A DNA stretch of 64,000 bases from an uncultured Chitinophaga sp. (GTDB taxonomy: Bacteria > Planctomycetota > Planctomycetia > Planctomycetales > Planctomycetaceae). A program made the translations under genes and the position numbers. Shown piece after piece: positions 25,459-34,400 of the stretch. The notes under the pieces were generated by a model, which did not search any database, had not been told where the DNA came from, and worked only from the letters and a program-made list of their open reading frames with translations. The stretch covers positions 41 to 64,040 of the forward strand of contig CAZLOQ010000012.1 in NCBI GenBank assembly GCA_964561125.1, written 5' to 3'. Positions within the stretch are counted from its first letter, which is position 1, and the number at the start of each line of letters is the position of its first letter.

Positions 25459-28275
25459 ATGGCAACCGCAATGTCCCTCCGCCTGAACGTGACCGCTGCA
25501 TTGCTCGTACTCAGCAGCACACTGCACCTGTCTGCTCAGGACGCCAAGTCCCCCACTCCTGAAACGCTGGTCCCCGCCTACGCGCGGTTCCGCACTGAAC
25601 ATCTGCAGTCAGCCGAAGCAGGGCGTCTGCTGATTGCGGAAATGAACTGTCAATCCTGTCACGGGCAGTTTCCCGGGCTCACCGTGGTTCCGCGTCAGGC
25701 CCCGGTGCTCACATCTGCCGCTGCACGACTCAACCCGGACCACGTGCGGCGATTTCTGGCCAATCCGCAGCAGCAGAAGCCGGGCACGGCGATGCCCGCG
25801 ATTCCTCAGGTTTCCGGCACACCAGAGACGATCGACGCGTTGACCGCCTTCGTCACGGCGGGGAGCACGTGGCGTCCGCAGGCTGTCTCTGCGGATGCCA
25901 TTCGCCGGGGCGAAGAGCTGTACCATCGCGTGGGCTGTGCAGCCTGTCACGGGGACCAGCGGTCGAACGAAGCCATCACCGCCATTCGCCGCGGACTTGC
26001 TGTGCCGAATCCGGATGACGAAGACGAGCCGCAGAACCCGGATCCCGCTACGGTCGAGCGTCCGGATTTCCTTATGCCCCTCGGACCACTCCACGAGAAA
26101 TATCACACCGGCGGCCTGATCGCATTTCTGCGTGAACCGCACACAGTGCGTCCTTCGGGGCGGATGCCATCGCTGGGACTGTCGCCTGAAGACGCCCGGG
26201 ATATCGCCAGCTATCTGCTGCGGGATGTCAGGGTGGCAGGCAACATTCAGTACGAGTATTTTGAAGGCGGCTGGGACAAGCTTCCCGACTTCACGGCGCT
26301 CAAGCCTGTCAGCACCGGCACGACAACAGACTTTTCTGCCGGACCAGCAGCCCGCGGAGACGACTATGCGCTGCGATTTACCGGGTATCTGCAGATCACA
26401 ATGGCGGGTGACTACCGCATCCATGTGCGTTCTGACGACGGTTCGCGAGTGATCATTGATGAGCAGGAAGTGGTCAACAACGACGGCATTCATCCGCCTG
26501 TGAGCCGTGACGGAATGATCGCGCTGAAGCCTGGCAGCCACACGGTGGTTGTGGAATTCTTCGAGAAAGGTGGTGGTGAAGAGCTGGCTGTGGAGATCGA
26601 GGGCCCGGGACTCCCGCGGCAACCCCTTTCCGGCAGTGTCACGCTCACCCGCGAGCCCCCCAAAGCTGCTGAAAAGAGTGCTCCGGCCCCCAGCCCTGAA
26701 CTCATCGCCAAAGGTCGCCTGCTGTTCGCTCAGCTGGGCTGTGCGTCCTGTCACCAGCACGGCGACGGTGAGGCGCGGATCGTGTCTCAGCCCGCCGTTG
26801 CGGCTCCAGCCTTCGCAACCATGCGGCCAGATTCGGGCTGCCTTTCGGGAAGTGCGGGCCGAGCGCCTGTGTTTCAGCTGAGCGATCGTCAGCGGGCTGA
26901 CCTGCAGGCGGCAGTCGCTGACGCGCGGCAGGCCACGGAAGCTCCGGCCACCCCGGCTGCCGAAGTTCGCTCCGTAATGCTCTCACTCAACTGTTTCGCC
27001 TGCCACTCGCGTGGCGGTATCGGCGGTCCCTCCGAACCGCTCAATCACGTCTTCACCGGCACAATTCCTGAGATGGGTGATGAAGGCCGCGTCCCGCCGC
27101 CGCTGGACGGCGCCGGCGATAAGCTCAACGAAGACTGGCTCCGCCGGATTCTCAGCGAAGGAGCCAAAGACCGCCCCTACATGCACACGCGGATGCCCGC
27201 ATTCGGTGCACAGCACGCCGCTGTGCTGCTGCCGCGTCTGGCTGCAGAGCGTCAGGCTGAAGTCGCGGTCCCTGAATTCGCCGAGGCGGACCATCGCATC
27301 AAGGCTGACGCAAGGCTGCTCATCGGCGACAAAGGGCTCTCCTGCATCAAATGTCACCGCTTCGACAACCTTGCCGCCACCGGACTGCAGTCGCTGGATA
27401 TGACCACCATGACCACGCGGCTCCGGCGCGACTGGTTTCATCGCTACCTGCTGGATCCCCAGAAATATCGCCCCGGAACACGCATGCCGGCTGCGTGGCC
27501 TGGCGGCAATTCCATCATTCCACATGTTCTGGAAGGCGATTCCGCGCGGCAGATTGAAGCTGTCTGGCGATATCTTCTGGATGGTCGGCGGGCCAAAGTT
27601 CCTTCGGGACTGGAACGTCAGTCGATCGTGCTCACCCCGGACCAGCGACCGCTGATTTATCGCAACTTTATTGAAGGTCTTTCACCTCGCGGTATCGCAG
27701 TGGGCTTCCCGGAAAAAGTGCACTTTGCGTGGGACGCCGAGCAGATGACGCCGCGGCTGATCTGGCATGGGGCGTTCATAGATGCTGCGAAACACTGGGT
27801 TGATCGTGGTCCGGGGTTCCAGTCACCACTGGGGGATCACGTGATGACGCTTCCTGCGGGCCCGCCCATCGCAGCACTCAGTTCGCTGGATGAAGCCTGG
27901 CCGGGCGGCAACCCGCGTGAACAGGGCTATCAGTTTCGCGGCTATCGTCTGAATCCCGCAGGATTGCCGTCCTTCAGGACTGCGTGGAAGGATCTGCAGC
28001 TGACCGACACCATTGAACCGCTCGCCAACACCCCCGATTTCGGACTGAAACGCACCCTGCAGATTGCATCCACGACCGCTCTTCGCGGCCTCTGGCTGCG
28101 AATTGCGGCCGGAAAGATTATTGAACAGCCGGGTGGCTTTGTCTGTGACGGCGTGCAGTATGCGGTCTCGGGAGGATTGCCGATTGTGCGTCAGGCGGGT
28201 GATCGCCAGGAACTGCTGGTGCAGCTGCCTGAAGGTGCGGCGATGGCGGAGGTCATTGTGGAAATTCGCTGGTGA
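25459..28275 (+). CDS. Multi-haem c-type cytochrome with PA14 domain
   Basis: Five CxxCH motifs (CQSCH, CAACH, CASCH, CFACH, CIKCH). A PA14-like segment (FTGYLQITMAGDYRIHVRSDDGSRVIIDEQEVVNNDG). Signal peptide. 938 aa. Confidence 0.8.
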   Translation: MATAMSLRLNVTAALLVLSSTLHLSAQDAKSPTPETLVPAYARFRTEHLQSAEAGRLLIAEMNCQSCHGQFPGLTVVPRQAPVLTSAAARLNPDHVRRFLANPQQQKPGTAMPAIPQVSGTPETIDALTAFVTAGSTWRPQAVSADAIRRGEELYHRVGCAACHGDQRSNEAITAIRRGLAVPNPDDEDEPQNPDPATVERPDFLMPLGPLHEKYHTGGLIAFLREPHTVRPSGRMPSLGLSPEDARDIASYLLRDVRVAGNIQYEYFEGGWDKLPDFTALKPVSTGTTTDFSAGPAARGDDYALRFTGYLQITMAGDYRIHVRSDDGSRVIIDEQEVVNNDGIHPPVSRDGMIALKPGSHTVVVEFFEKGGGEELAVEIEGPGLPRQPLSGSVTLTREPPKAAEKSAPAPSPELIAKGRLLFAQLGCASCHQHGDGEARIVSQPAVAAPAFATMRPDSGCLSGSAGRAPVFQLSDRQRADLQAAVADARQATEAPATPAAEVRSVMLSLNCFACHSRGGIGGPSEPLNHVFTGTIPEMGDEGRVPPPLDGAGDKLNEDWLRRILSEGAKDRPYMHTRMPAFGAQHAAVLLPRLAAERQAEVAVPEFAEADHRIKADARLLIGDKGLSCIKCHRFDNLAATGLQSLDMTTMTTRLRRDWFHRYLLDPQKYRPGTRMPAAWPGGNSIIPHVLEGDSARQIEAVWRYLLDGRRAKVPSGLERQSIVLTPDQRPLIYRNFIEGLSPRGIAVGFPEKVHFAWDAEQMTPRLIWHGAFIDAAKHWVDRGPGFQSPLGDHVMTLPAGPPIAALSSLDEAWPGGNPREQGYQFRGYRLNPAGLPSFRTAWKDLQLTDTIEPLANTPDFGLKRTLQIASTTALRGLWLRIAAGKIIEQPGGFVCDGVQYAVSGGLPIVRQAGDRQELLVQLPEGAAMAEVIVEIRW

Positions 28276-28309
28276 TGCCTGTCAGAGGTGTTGCTGATTG
28301 GCTGAATTT

Positions 28310-28936
28310 TCAGCGGCGTTGCCAGAGAGCCCGATAAATCGGAAAGCCAAGCCGGCGTTTCTTGCGTTCAAAGCTGGTTTGGTAGTCCATATCGTGCTCG
28401 GCCTGACGCTCCTCAGGTGGCACCCGAGGAATGAAATGGGGGGATGCATTCATGAATGCCGTGGCCATGTGGAAGTAATCGGCAACATCGGTCCAGTGAT
28501 GCACGAACCCGCCTGGCTGGACCACGCGCGCGAGGAGTTCCGTGAACTGCGGATTGAAAATGCGGCGTTTGTGATGGCGGGTCTTCCACCAGGGATCCGG
28601 GAAGTAGACATGGGCGGCGTGGATCGAGGCCGGTGGGATCATCACAGAGAGTGCGCGGACCGCGTCTCCCCCCAGGATTCTGGCATTCGGGAGATTGCGT
28701 TTCTGCAGCCGTTCAGCAGCCCGGCGGCCTTCGGTATAGTCGATCTCAAGGCCGACAAAGTTAGTCTGAGGATGACGCAGGGCGGCTGTGAGGACAAACA
28801 GTCCGCGACCGGAGCCGATGTCCACTTCGACGGGGCCGGCGACGGGGAAGAGGGTGACCCAGTCGAGTGTCGGCGGAAGATCGTCGAGCGTTTGAAACCA
28901 GGGTTGGAGAGGCCGAGCGGAGGTCGGCGGGGTCAT
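28310..28936 (-). CDS. trmB: tRNA (guanine-N7)-methyltransferase
   Basis: VEVDIGSGRGLFVLTAA SAM motif, FVGLEIDY, and the TrmB hallmark YFPDPWWKTRHHKRRIF. Confidence 0.85.
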   Translation of the reverse strand: MTPPTSARPLQPWFQTLDDLPPTLDWVTLFPVAGPVEVDIGSGRGLFVLTAALRHPQTNFVGLEIDYTEGRRAAERLQKRNLPNARILGGDAVRALSVMIPPASIHAAHVYFPDPWWKTRHHKRRIFNPQFTELLARVVQPGGFVHHWTDVADYFHMATAFMNASPHFIPRVPPEERQAEHDMDYQTSFERKKRRLGFPIYRALWQRR

Positions 28937-29427
28937 ATCAGAGCTTTCGCGGTGGCGGTTGGGGGTGAAGCGCGATGGTGACGGTATGCACGACGGTTAT
29001 GGTGCGGGCAGTGCGCTGTGGCGGGCATTGTGATGCAGAGCATTGCGAAGCGACTGACAGTTTCGCCGGACATTCGCCGGGAATGCCGTTTGTCTCATTT
29101 CCGGGAAATGGTGAGGTTGGGGGGAAGGAGCACATGACCATTGAATGCCGGGAAAAAGCGGGATTTGGCGTTGCGGGAGCGTTCTGCGTGTTGAACTTCC
29201 CGGCGGCAGCCGATACCTTCCGCTGCTTCGGCTTCCGGAGGGGCGAATTTCGTCATTCCGGAACAACTCTGCACGCCGCCCGCATCTGCGGGGTCGGCCT
29301 GTAAATTTGCGGGTCTGCGCCAGCACTTGTTCGGCACGGACACTGCGTCAAAAGACGGTAACGGTCCCCAGAGCGTTTCTGGGGATGGTGCAGAGCAGTG
29401 GTACCACTTGTGGAGTTTGTCAGGGAA

Positions 29428-30036
29428 ATGGGTCGTTACACGGGTCCGAAGGGGCGAGTAAACCGCCGTTTGAATGAGAACGTTTACGAATCGGCTGGTT
29501 CGGTGAAGGCGTTGAGCCGGAAAGAATATCCTCCAGGGATGCACAAGCGTCGCAAAAAAGAGACGACCTACGGTGCAGCCCTGACCGAGAAGCAAAAAAT
29601 CAAGTTTTATTACGGTCTGCGTGACCGCCAGCTGTATCGCTACCTGGACATTGCCAAGCGGACGGCGGGAAACACGGGTGCGACGCTGTTGATTTTGTGT
29701 GAGCGTCGTCTGGACAACGTGGTTCGTCGGGCCGGCCTGACGCTGACTCGCCCGCAGGCTCGCCAGGGCATCGTGCACCGGCATTTTCAGCTGAACGGTA
29801 AAACAGTCAACAAGCCGGGTATTATGGTTCGTCCCGGCGATGTGATTACGCTGCGGAATCGGCCAAACATCCGCAAGATGTATAATACTGTCGGTGAATC
29901 TGCCGGCGCAACAACGGCTGAGTGGCTGTCGGTCGACAAGGCGGCGATGAAGGTCATTGTGACCACGCTGCCAACTGTAGACGACGTCGGGCTCAAGGTC
30001 GATGTTGGTCCGGTCGTGGTATTCATGTCTCGCTGA
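29428..30036 (+). CDS. rpsD: 30S ribosomal protein S4
   Basis: ATG at 29428 gives MGRYTGPKGRVNRRL, then YGAALTEKQKIKFYYGLRDRQLYRY and an S4 RNA-binding domain (RLDNVVRRAGLTLTRPQARQGIVHRHFQLNGKTVNKPG). 202 aa. Confidence 0.95.
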   Translation: MGRYTGPKGRVNRRLNENVYESAGSVKALSRKEYPPGMHKRRKKETTYGAALTEKQKIKFYYGLRDRQLYRYLDIAKRTAGNTGATLLILCERRLDNVVRRAGLTLTRPQARQGIVHRHFQLNGKTVNKPGIMVRPGDVITLRNRPNIRKMYNTVGESAGATTAEWLSVDKAAMKVIVTTLPTVDDVGLKVDVGPVVVFMSR

Positions 30037-30165
30037 CGGCAGGCTGACTGCGAAATCGCAGCTGCGGGGCCGGCGAGCAAAATCGCCGGCTCTTTGTCTG
30101 CGCAGTGCTGTCCTGCACCGCCCTGGTGTGTTTTCCATGTTTTCCGGACGACTGTAGTCATCGCC

Positions 30166-31968
30166 ATGGACTCGAAGTACATCCGCAACTTCAGCATCAT
30201 CGCCCATATCGACCACGGCAAAAGTACGCTGGCTGATCAGCTGCTGCTTAAAAGCGGCACGATCACTCAGCGCGAATTCCGTGAACAGATCCTTGATGAT
30301 CTCGACATTGAGCGGGAACGCGGCATCACGGTGAAGGCGCGGTCGGTGACCATCAACTGGACTATGGACGGGCAGGTCTACGAGCTCAACCTGATCGATA
30401 CACCCGGTCACGTGGATTTTCACTATGAGGTGAGTCGCAGTCTGGCGGCCTGCGAAGGTGCGCTGCTGCTGATCGATGCTTTTCAGGGGGTTCAGGCGCA
30501 AACCGTGGCGAACGCCTACGCGGCGATCAACGGCAACCTGGAAATCATCCCGGTGGTCAACAAAATTGACCTGCCGGTAACCCGTATTGATGAAGTGCTC
30601 GACGAAGTCGAAACCGTGCTGGGGCTGGATGCATCAGATGCGCTGCGAGTGAGTGCGAAGACCGGCCTGAACATCGAGTCCGTATTCGAGGCCATCATTC
30701 GGCGGATTCCGCCGCCGAAAGGCACAGTCGGCCGGCCCCTCAAAGCGCTCGTCTTCGACAGCAAGTACGACAACTATCGCGGGGTGATCACGTACATTCG
30801 TCTGTTCGAGGGCAGTGTGCGTAAGGGCGATAAGATCCGGTTTATGCGGGAAGGAATGGTGAGTGAAGTTCTTGAACTGGGCCAGTTCCGTCCGAACATG
30901 AAACCCTGCGACGAGCTGGGGCCAGGTCAGGTCGGTTACATTCTCACAGGCCTTAAGGAACTCAGCAAAGTCACTGTGGGCGACACGGTGACACTCTATC
31001 ACGAGCCCGCCTCAGAACCGCTCCCAGGCTACCAGAAGCCAAAACAGATGGTCTTCTGCGGCATGTTCCCGATCGATGCCACGGACTTCGAGAATCTGCG
31101 GGAAGAGCTGCAAAAGCTCTCCATGAACGATTCCAGCTTCTCCTTCGCCCCTGAAACCTCAGACGCACTCGGCTTCGGCTTCCGCTGCGGGTTCCTCGGC
31201 ATGCTGCACATGGAGATTGTGCAGCAGCGTCTGGAGGGCGAGCAGAACATGGACCTCATCCAGACTGCTCCGAACGTCACCTACGAAATCCTCACCCGGG
31301 ACGGTCGGACGCTGGTCATTGACAACCCGCAGGAGGTACCTGATGCGGGCATGATTGAAGAGTTTCGCGAACCGCTGGCGAAGGTCAGCTTCATTGTGCC
31401 GTCGCAGCACGTCGGCACCATCATGCAGCTCTGCCAGGAACGACGGGGCATTTATCGCAACACCGAATACCTCGGCCCCGGAAGAGCTCAGCTGATCTAC
31501 GAACTTCCGCTCAGCGAAATCGTCTACGACATGTACGATAAGCTCAAGAGCGTCACCAGCGGCTACGGGACGATGGACTACGAGATCATCGGCTTTCAGG
31601 CTGCGGATCTGGTCAAGATGGATATCCTGGTAAAAGGCGTTCGCGTCGACGCGCTCTCAACCATCGTGCATCGCTCCAATGCCGAACGACGCGGCAGAGC
31701 GCTCGTGAAGCGGCTCAAGGAAGAAATCAGCAAGCACCAGTTTGAGATTGCGCTGCAGGCTGCCATTGGTTCGCGCGTGATTGCCCGCGAAACGATCTCG
31801 GCGCTCAGAAAAAACGTCACGGCCAAGTGCTATGGTGGCGACATCACGCGTAAGCGAAAGCTTCTGCAGAAGCAGAAGGAAGGCAAGAAGCGGATGAAAC
31901 AGTTTGGCGAAGTAGAGATTCCGCAGAAGGCGTTTCTGTCGGTGCTGGAATCCAGCAAGGATGAATAA
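30166..31968 (+). CDS. lepA: Elongation factor 4 (translational GTPase LepA)
   Basis: ATG at 30166. IRNFSIIAHIDHGKSTLADQLL (G1), DTPGHVDF (G3), NKID (G4), and the LepA-specific C-terminus YGGDITRKRKLLQKQKEGKKRMK. 600 aa. Confidence 0.95.
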   Translation: MDSKYIRNFSIIAHIDHGKSTLADQLLLKSGTITQREFREQILDDLDIERERGITVKARSVTINWTMDGQVYELNLIDTPGHVDFHYEVSRSLAACEGALLLIDAFQGVQAQTVANAYAAINGNLEIIPVVNKIDLPVTRIDEVLDEVETVLGLDASDALRVSAKTGLNIESVFEAIIRRIPPPKGTVGRPLKALVFDSKYDNYRGVITYIRLFEGSVRKGDKIRFMREGMVSEVLELGQFRPNMKPCDELGPGQVGYILTGLKELSKVTVGDTVTLYHEPASEPLPGYQKPKQMVFCGMFPIDATDFENLREELQKLSMNDSSFSFAPETSDALGFGFRCGFLGMLHMEIVQQRLEGEQNMDLIQTAPNVTYEILTRDGRTLVIDNPQEVPDAGMIEEFREPLAKVSFIVPSQHVGTIMQLCQERRGIYRNTEYLGPGRAQLIYELPLSEIVYDMYDKLKSVTSGYGTMDYEIIGFQAADLVKMDILVKGVRVDALSTIVHRSNAERRGRALVKRLKEEISKHQFEIALQAAIGSRVIARETISALRKNVTAKCYGGDITRKRKLLQKQKEGKKRMKQFGEVEIPQKAFLSVLESSKDE

Positions 31969-32758
31969 CAAGAGCTGCCGAAATGCTCTGGCGTTCGGCC
32001 TGCTGACGGTCGTCTGCTCCTATGGCTGCCGAGAACAGGCCCGGCCCCCCGCAACTCCCTCAACTGTCGACTTTTCCCCCGCCGCCCCGCAAAGACTCAC
32101 TACCGCCGGCATTGTACGCTGGGTGTCCGTCCCTGAACTTCCGGAAGAATTGGTCATTCTGGACAGTGTGTTCTGGGAACCGGCAGACACCGACAGCCTG
32201 CGTCAGCGGATTGTCAGCGAACGGTTTGTCAAAAATGCACGCATTCTTGAGATCGGCACAGGTTCCGGGCTGTTGTCGCTCTGCTGTCTCTCCGCCGGTG
32301 CAGCCCGCGTGGTGGCCACAGATCTGAACCCGGCGGCGATCGATAATGTACGCGAAAACGCGGACCGGCTGGGCTGCAGTGATCGACTGGATGCAAGGCT
32401 GGTACCAAGGCGTGATCCGAGTGCCTGGAGCGTGATTGGCAGCGCAGAGACCTTTGACCTGATCATTTCCAATCCCCCATGGGAAGATCAGCGCCCGGAG
32501 AGCGTGGAACAATTCGCACTGTATGACCCGGATTTTCAGCTCCTGCGTTCGCTGTTGAGCGGAGCGCAGCAGCATCTGCGGCCGGGAGGCCGAATGTGGC
32601 TGGCCTACGGCTGCCGGACGGCGATTCAGATGGTGCAGAAGACTGCTGCTGATCTGCAGCTGGAATGCGAGTTGCTGGACAAACGCCGTCTGGAAGAGTT
32701 GCCTGAGTTATTCCTGCCGGGAATGCTGATTGAGATCCGCACCGGCGGTGCTCGCTGA
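31961..32758 (+). CDS. Class I SAM-dependent methyltransferase with NPPW motif and signal-like N-terminus
   Basis: ILEIGTGSGLLSL (motif I), VVATDLNP, and DLIISNPPW (HemK/PrmC/N6-MTase-type motif IV). The N-terminus MNNKSCRNALAFGLLTVVCSYGC is hydrophobic. The start overlaps the lepA stop by 8 nt. Confidence 0.7.
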   Translation: MNNKSCRNALAFGLLTVVCSYGCREQARPPATPSTVDFSPAAPQRLTTAGIVRWVSVPELPEELVILDSVFWEPADTDSLRQRIVSERFVKNARILEIGTGSGLLSLCCLSAGAARVVATDLNPAAIDNVRENADRLGCSDRLDARLVPRRDPSAWSVIGSAETFDLIISNPPWEDQRPESVEQFALYDPDFQLLRSLLSGAQQHLRPGGRMWLAYGCRTAIQMVQKTAADLQLECELLDKRRLEELPELFLPGMLIEIRTGGAR

Positions 32759-32912
32759 ACTTCCGGGCACTGCCGTACCGTTCCGCTGCCTCAGCGTCTG
32801 TACAACCGGACGATTGAGCTTCAGTCGATGGGACACTCCTGCTCGCTTGCGTCGGCGATTGGGGCAGGTGATTTGGGGCAGGCGATTGCTGGAAACGCGA
32901 AGCATCTGCTGT

Positions 32913-32948
32913 GCGTCGGCTGAGGCGTCGGCTGAGGCGTCGGCTGAG
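32913..32948. repeat. 12-bp tandem repeat x3 (gcgtcggctgag), intergenic
   Basis: Three perfect units at 32913, 32925 and 32937, in the 440-bp gap upstream of the exosortase-like gene. Confidence 0.9.
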
Positions 32949-33197
32949 GTGAGGTCGGACGAGTGAGAGCGAATCTGCGGATTGGTTGCCTCCCGGCAGC
33001 GCCGGTTTGTAGTGATTTTTGCGAGTTGCCGACAAATGCCGACGCCGGAGTTGGGGGGAACGGCAATGGGGGGACTGGAGGGCGGGAGCGGACTGTGGAT
33101 AATTTCGCGTCCCTGAACCGCTGGTGATGGGGAGGCTACGTCATGGTTTTGAGCTATGCGTGGCAAATTCTGAAGATTGTCGTTTTTCAGGCAGAAA

Positions 33198-34400
33198 ATG
33201 GTCATGGGTGGGTTGCTTGGATTGATGACGAGACGGGTGTTTCAGTGTCCGCGTTCTGCTCCGGCGTTGCTCCTTCTCGGACACCTGCCGATGCTGGTGA
33301 AGTACTACGCGGATTCATGGAGCTATCCGTTGTATGGTGCGATGATTCCGGCGACGGTTGCTGTTGTGTTTCTTTCGCTGCGGCGTTGCGGGGGACGGGT
33401 CCGGACGAGTTCACTCCTCGGAGTTGCCTTGATTGTTGCCGATCTGTTGCTGACGGCCGCGGGACTCTGGCGGGGATCAGCATGGATGGTGACCGTGGGG
33501 GCAGCGTGTTGCGGGGCTGCGTGGCTGTGCAGTCGTGGTGCGATGACGGAACCTCGCTGGATGCTTGCCATCACCCTGCTGCTGGCGCTGATTGTGCGAT
33601 TACCTCCGGGCATGGACATGCGTCTGCAGCGAAGTCTTGATGAGCGGTTGACGCAGACTGCCACAGCGATTCTGAATACAACAGGTGCGATGCATTACAG
33701 GGATTCGGGATTTATCCGACTGGAGCGGGTGTCGTTCCAGCCGGCGCTGGCGAGGGGCGGATTTGCGTCGGCCTGGTGTTTACCTGTTGTTGCGTGCATT
33801 ACGGCTGCCTGGCTTGGAAGGTCAGTGATTCACCAGTTGATGCTGCTTCCTCTGGCTGCAGTTCTGGGGGTGATCACATCCGTGGCCAACACGGTGCTGG
33901 CGACTCACCTTGCCGTCTGGTTTGACATTGACGTGTCTGGTGGTTTTTTGTCGCTGGTGTATCGCCTGAACTGGCTGATTCCCGGTGTGCTGCTGGTGTG
34001 GAGTGCTGATCGGTTGCTGAAGTTTTTGCTGGACGGGATTCCGGAGATGCAGCGAACGGTTGCCGGGAAGCTTGAGCGAGTGCGTGAGAACGAGGACGGG
34101 GAGCTTGTGGTGACGGCGCGAAACCCGGTGATCGCGGTGTGGAATAATTTCGCGGCACCGTGGCCGGAAAGTGTGGCATCGGGGCTGGTATCCGCTCCTC
34201 TGTATTACGGAAAGGCATCTGCCCATCGCACGGAGAGATCCGGCAGCCGGAGATCGCAGTCGGTGAAAATCGACGCAGAGGGTTTGGGGGAAACACGTCT
34301 TTCCGGGCTGGGATATCTGAGTCGACCGGCAGCCGTTGTGGCATTGCTGCTGGCGGCAGCACAAATCGTGAGACTTCTGGGATCGGGAGCAGGACTATGA
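33198..34400 (+). CDS. Polytopic membrane protein, exosortase (EpsH/Xrt)-like layout, apparently lacking the catalytic residues
   Basis: ATG at 33198 (the track start at 33177 is TTG). About 8 hydrophobic helices. SWSYPLYGAMIP...LSLRR resembles the exosortase W..YSHG.L.P start. The central and ANTVL segments are discussed in the findings. Assignment by eye only. Confidence 0.4.
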   Translation: MVMGGLLGLMTRRVFQCPRSAPALLLLGHLPMLVKYYADSWSYPLYGAMIPATVAVVFLSLRRCGGRVRTSSLLGVALIVADLLLTAAGLWRGSAWMVTVGAACCGAAWLCSRGAMTEPRWMLAITLLLALIVRLPPGMDMRLQRSLDERLTQTATAILNTTGAMHYRDSGFIRLERVSFQPALARGGFASAWCLPVVACITAAWLGRSVIHQLMLLPLAAVLGVITSVANTVLATHLAVWFDIDVSGGFLSLVYRLNWLIPGVLLVWSADRLLKFLLDGIPEMQRTVAGKLERVRENEDGELVVTARNPVIAVWNNFAAPWPESVASGLVSAPLYYGKASAHRTERSGSRRSQSVKIDAEGLGETRLSGLGYLSRPAAVVALLLAAAQIVRLLGSGAGL

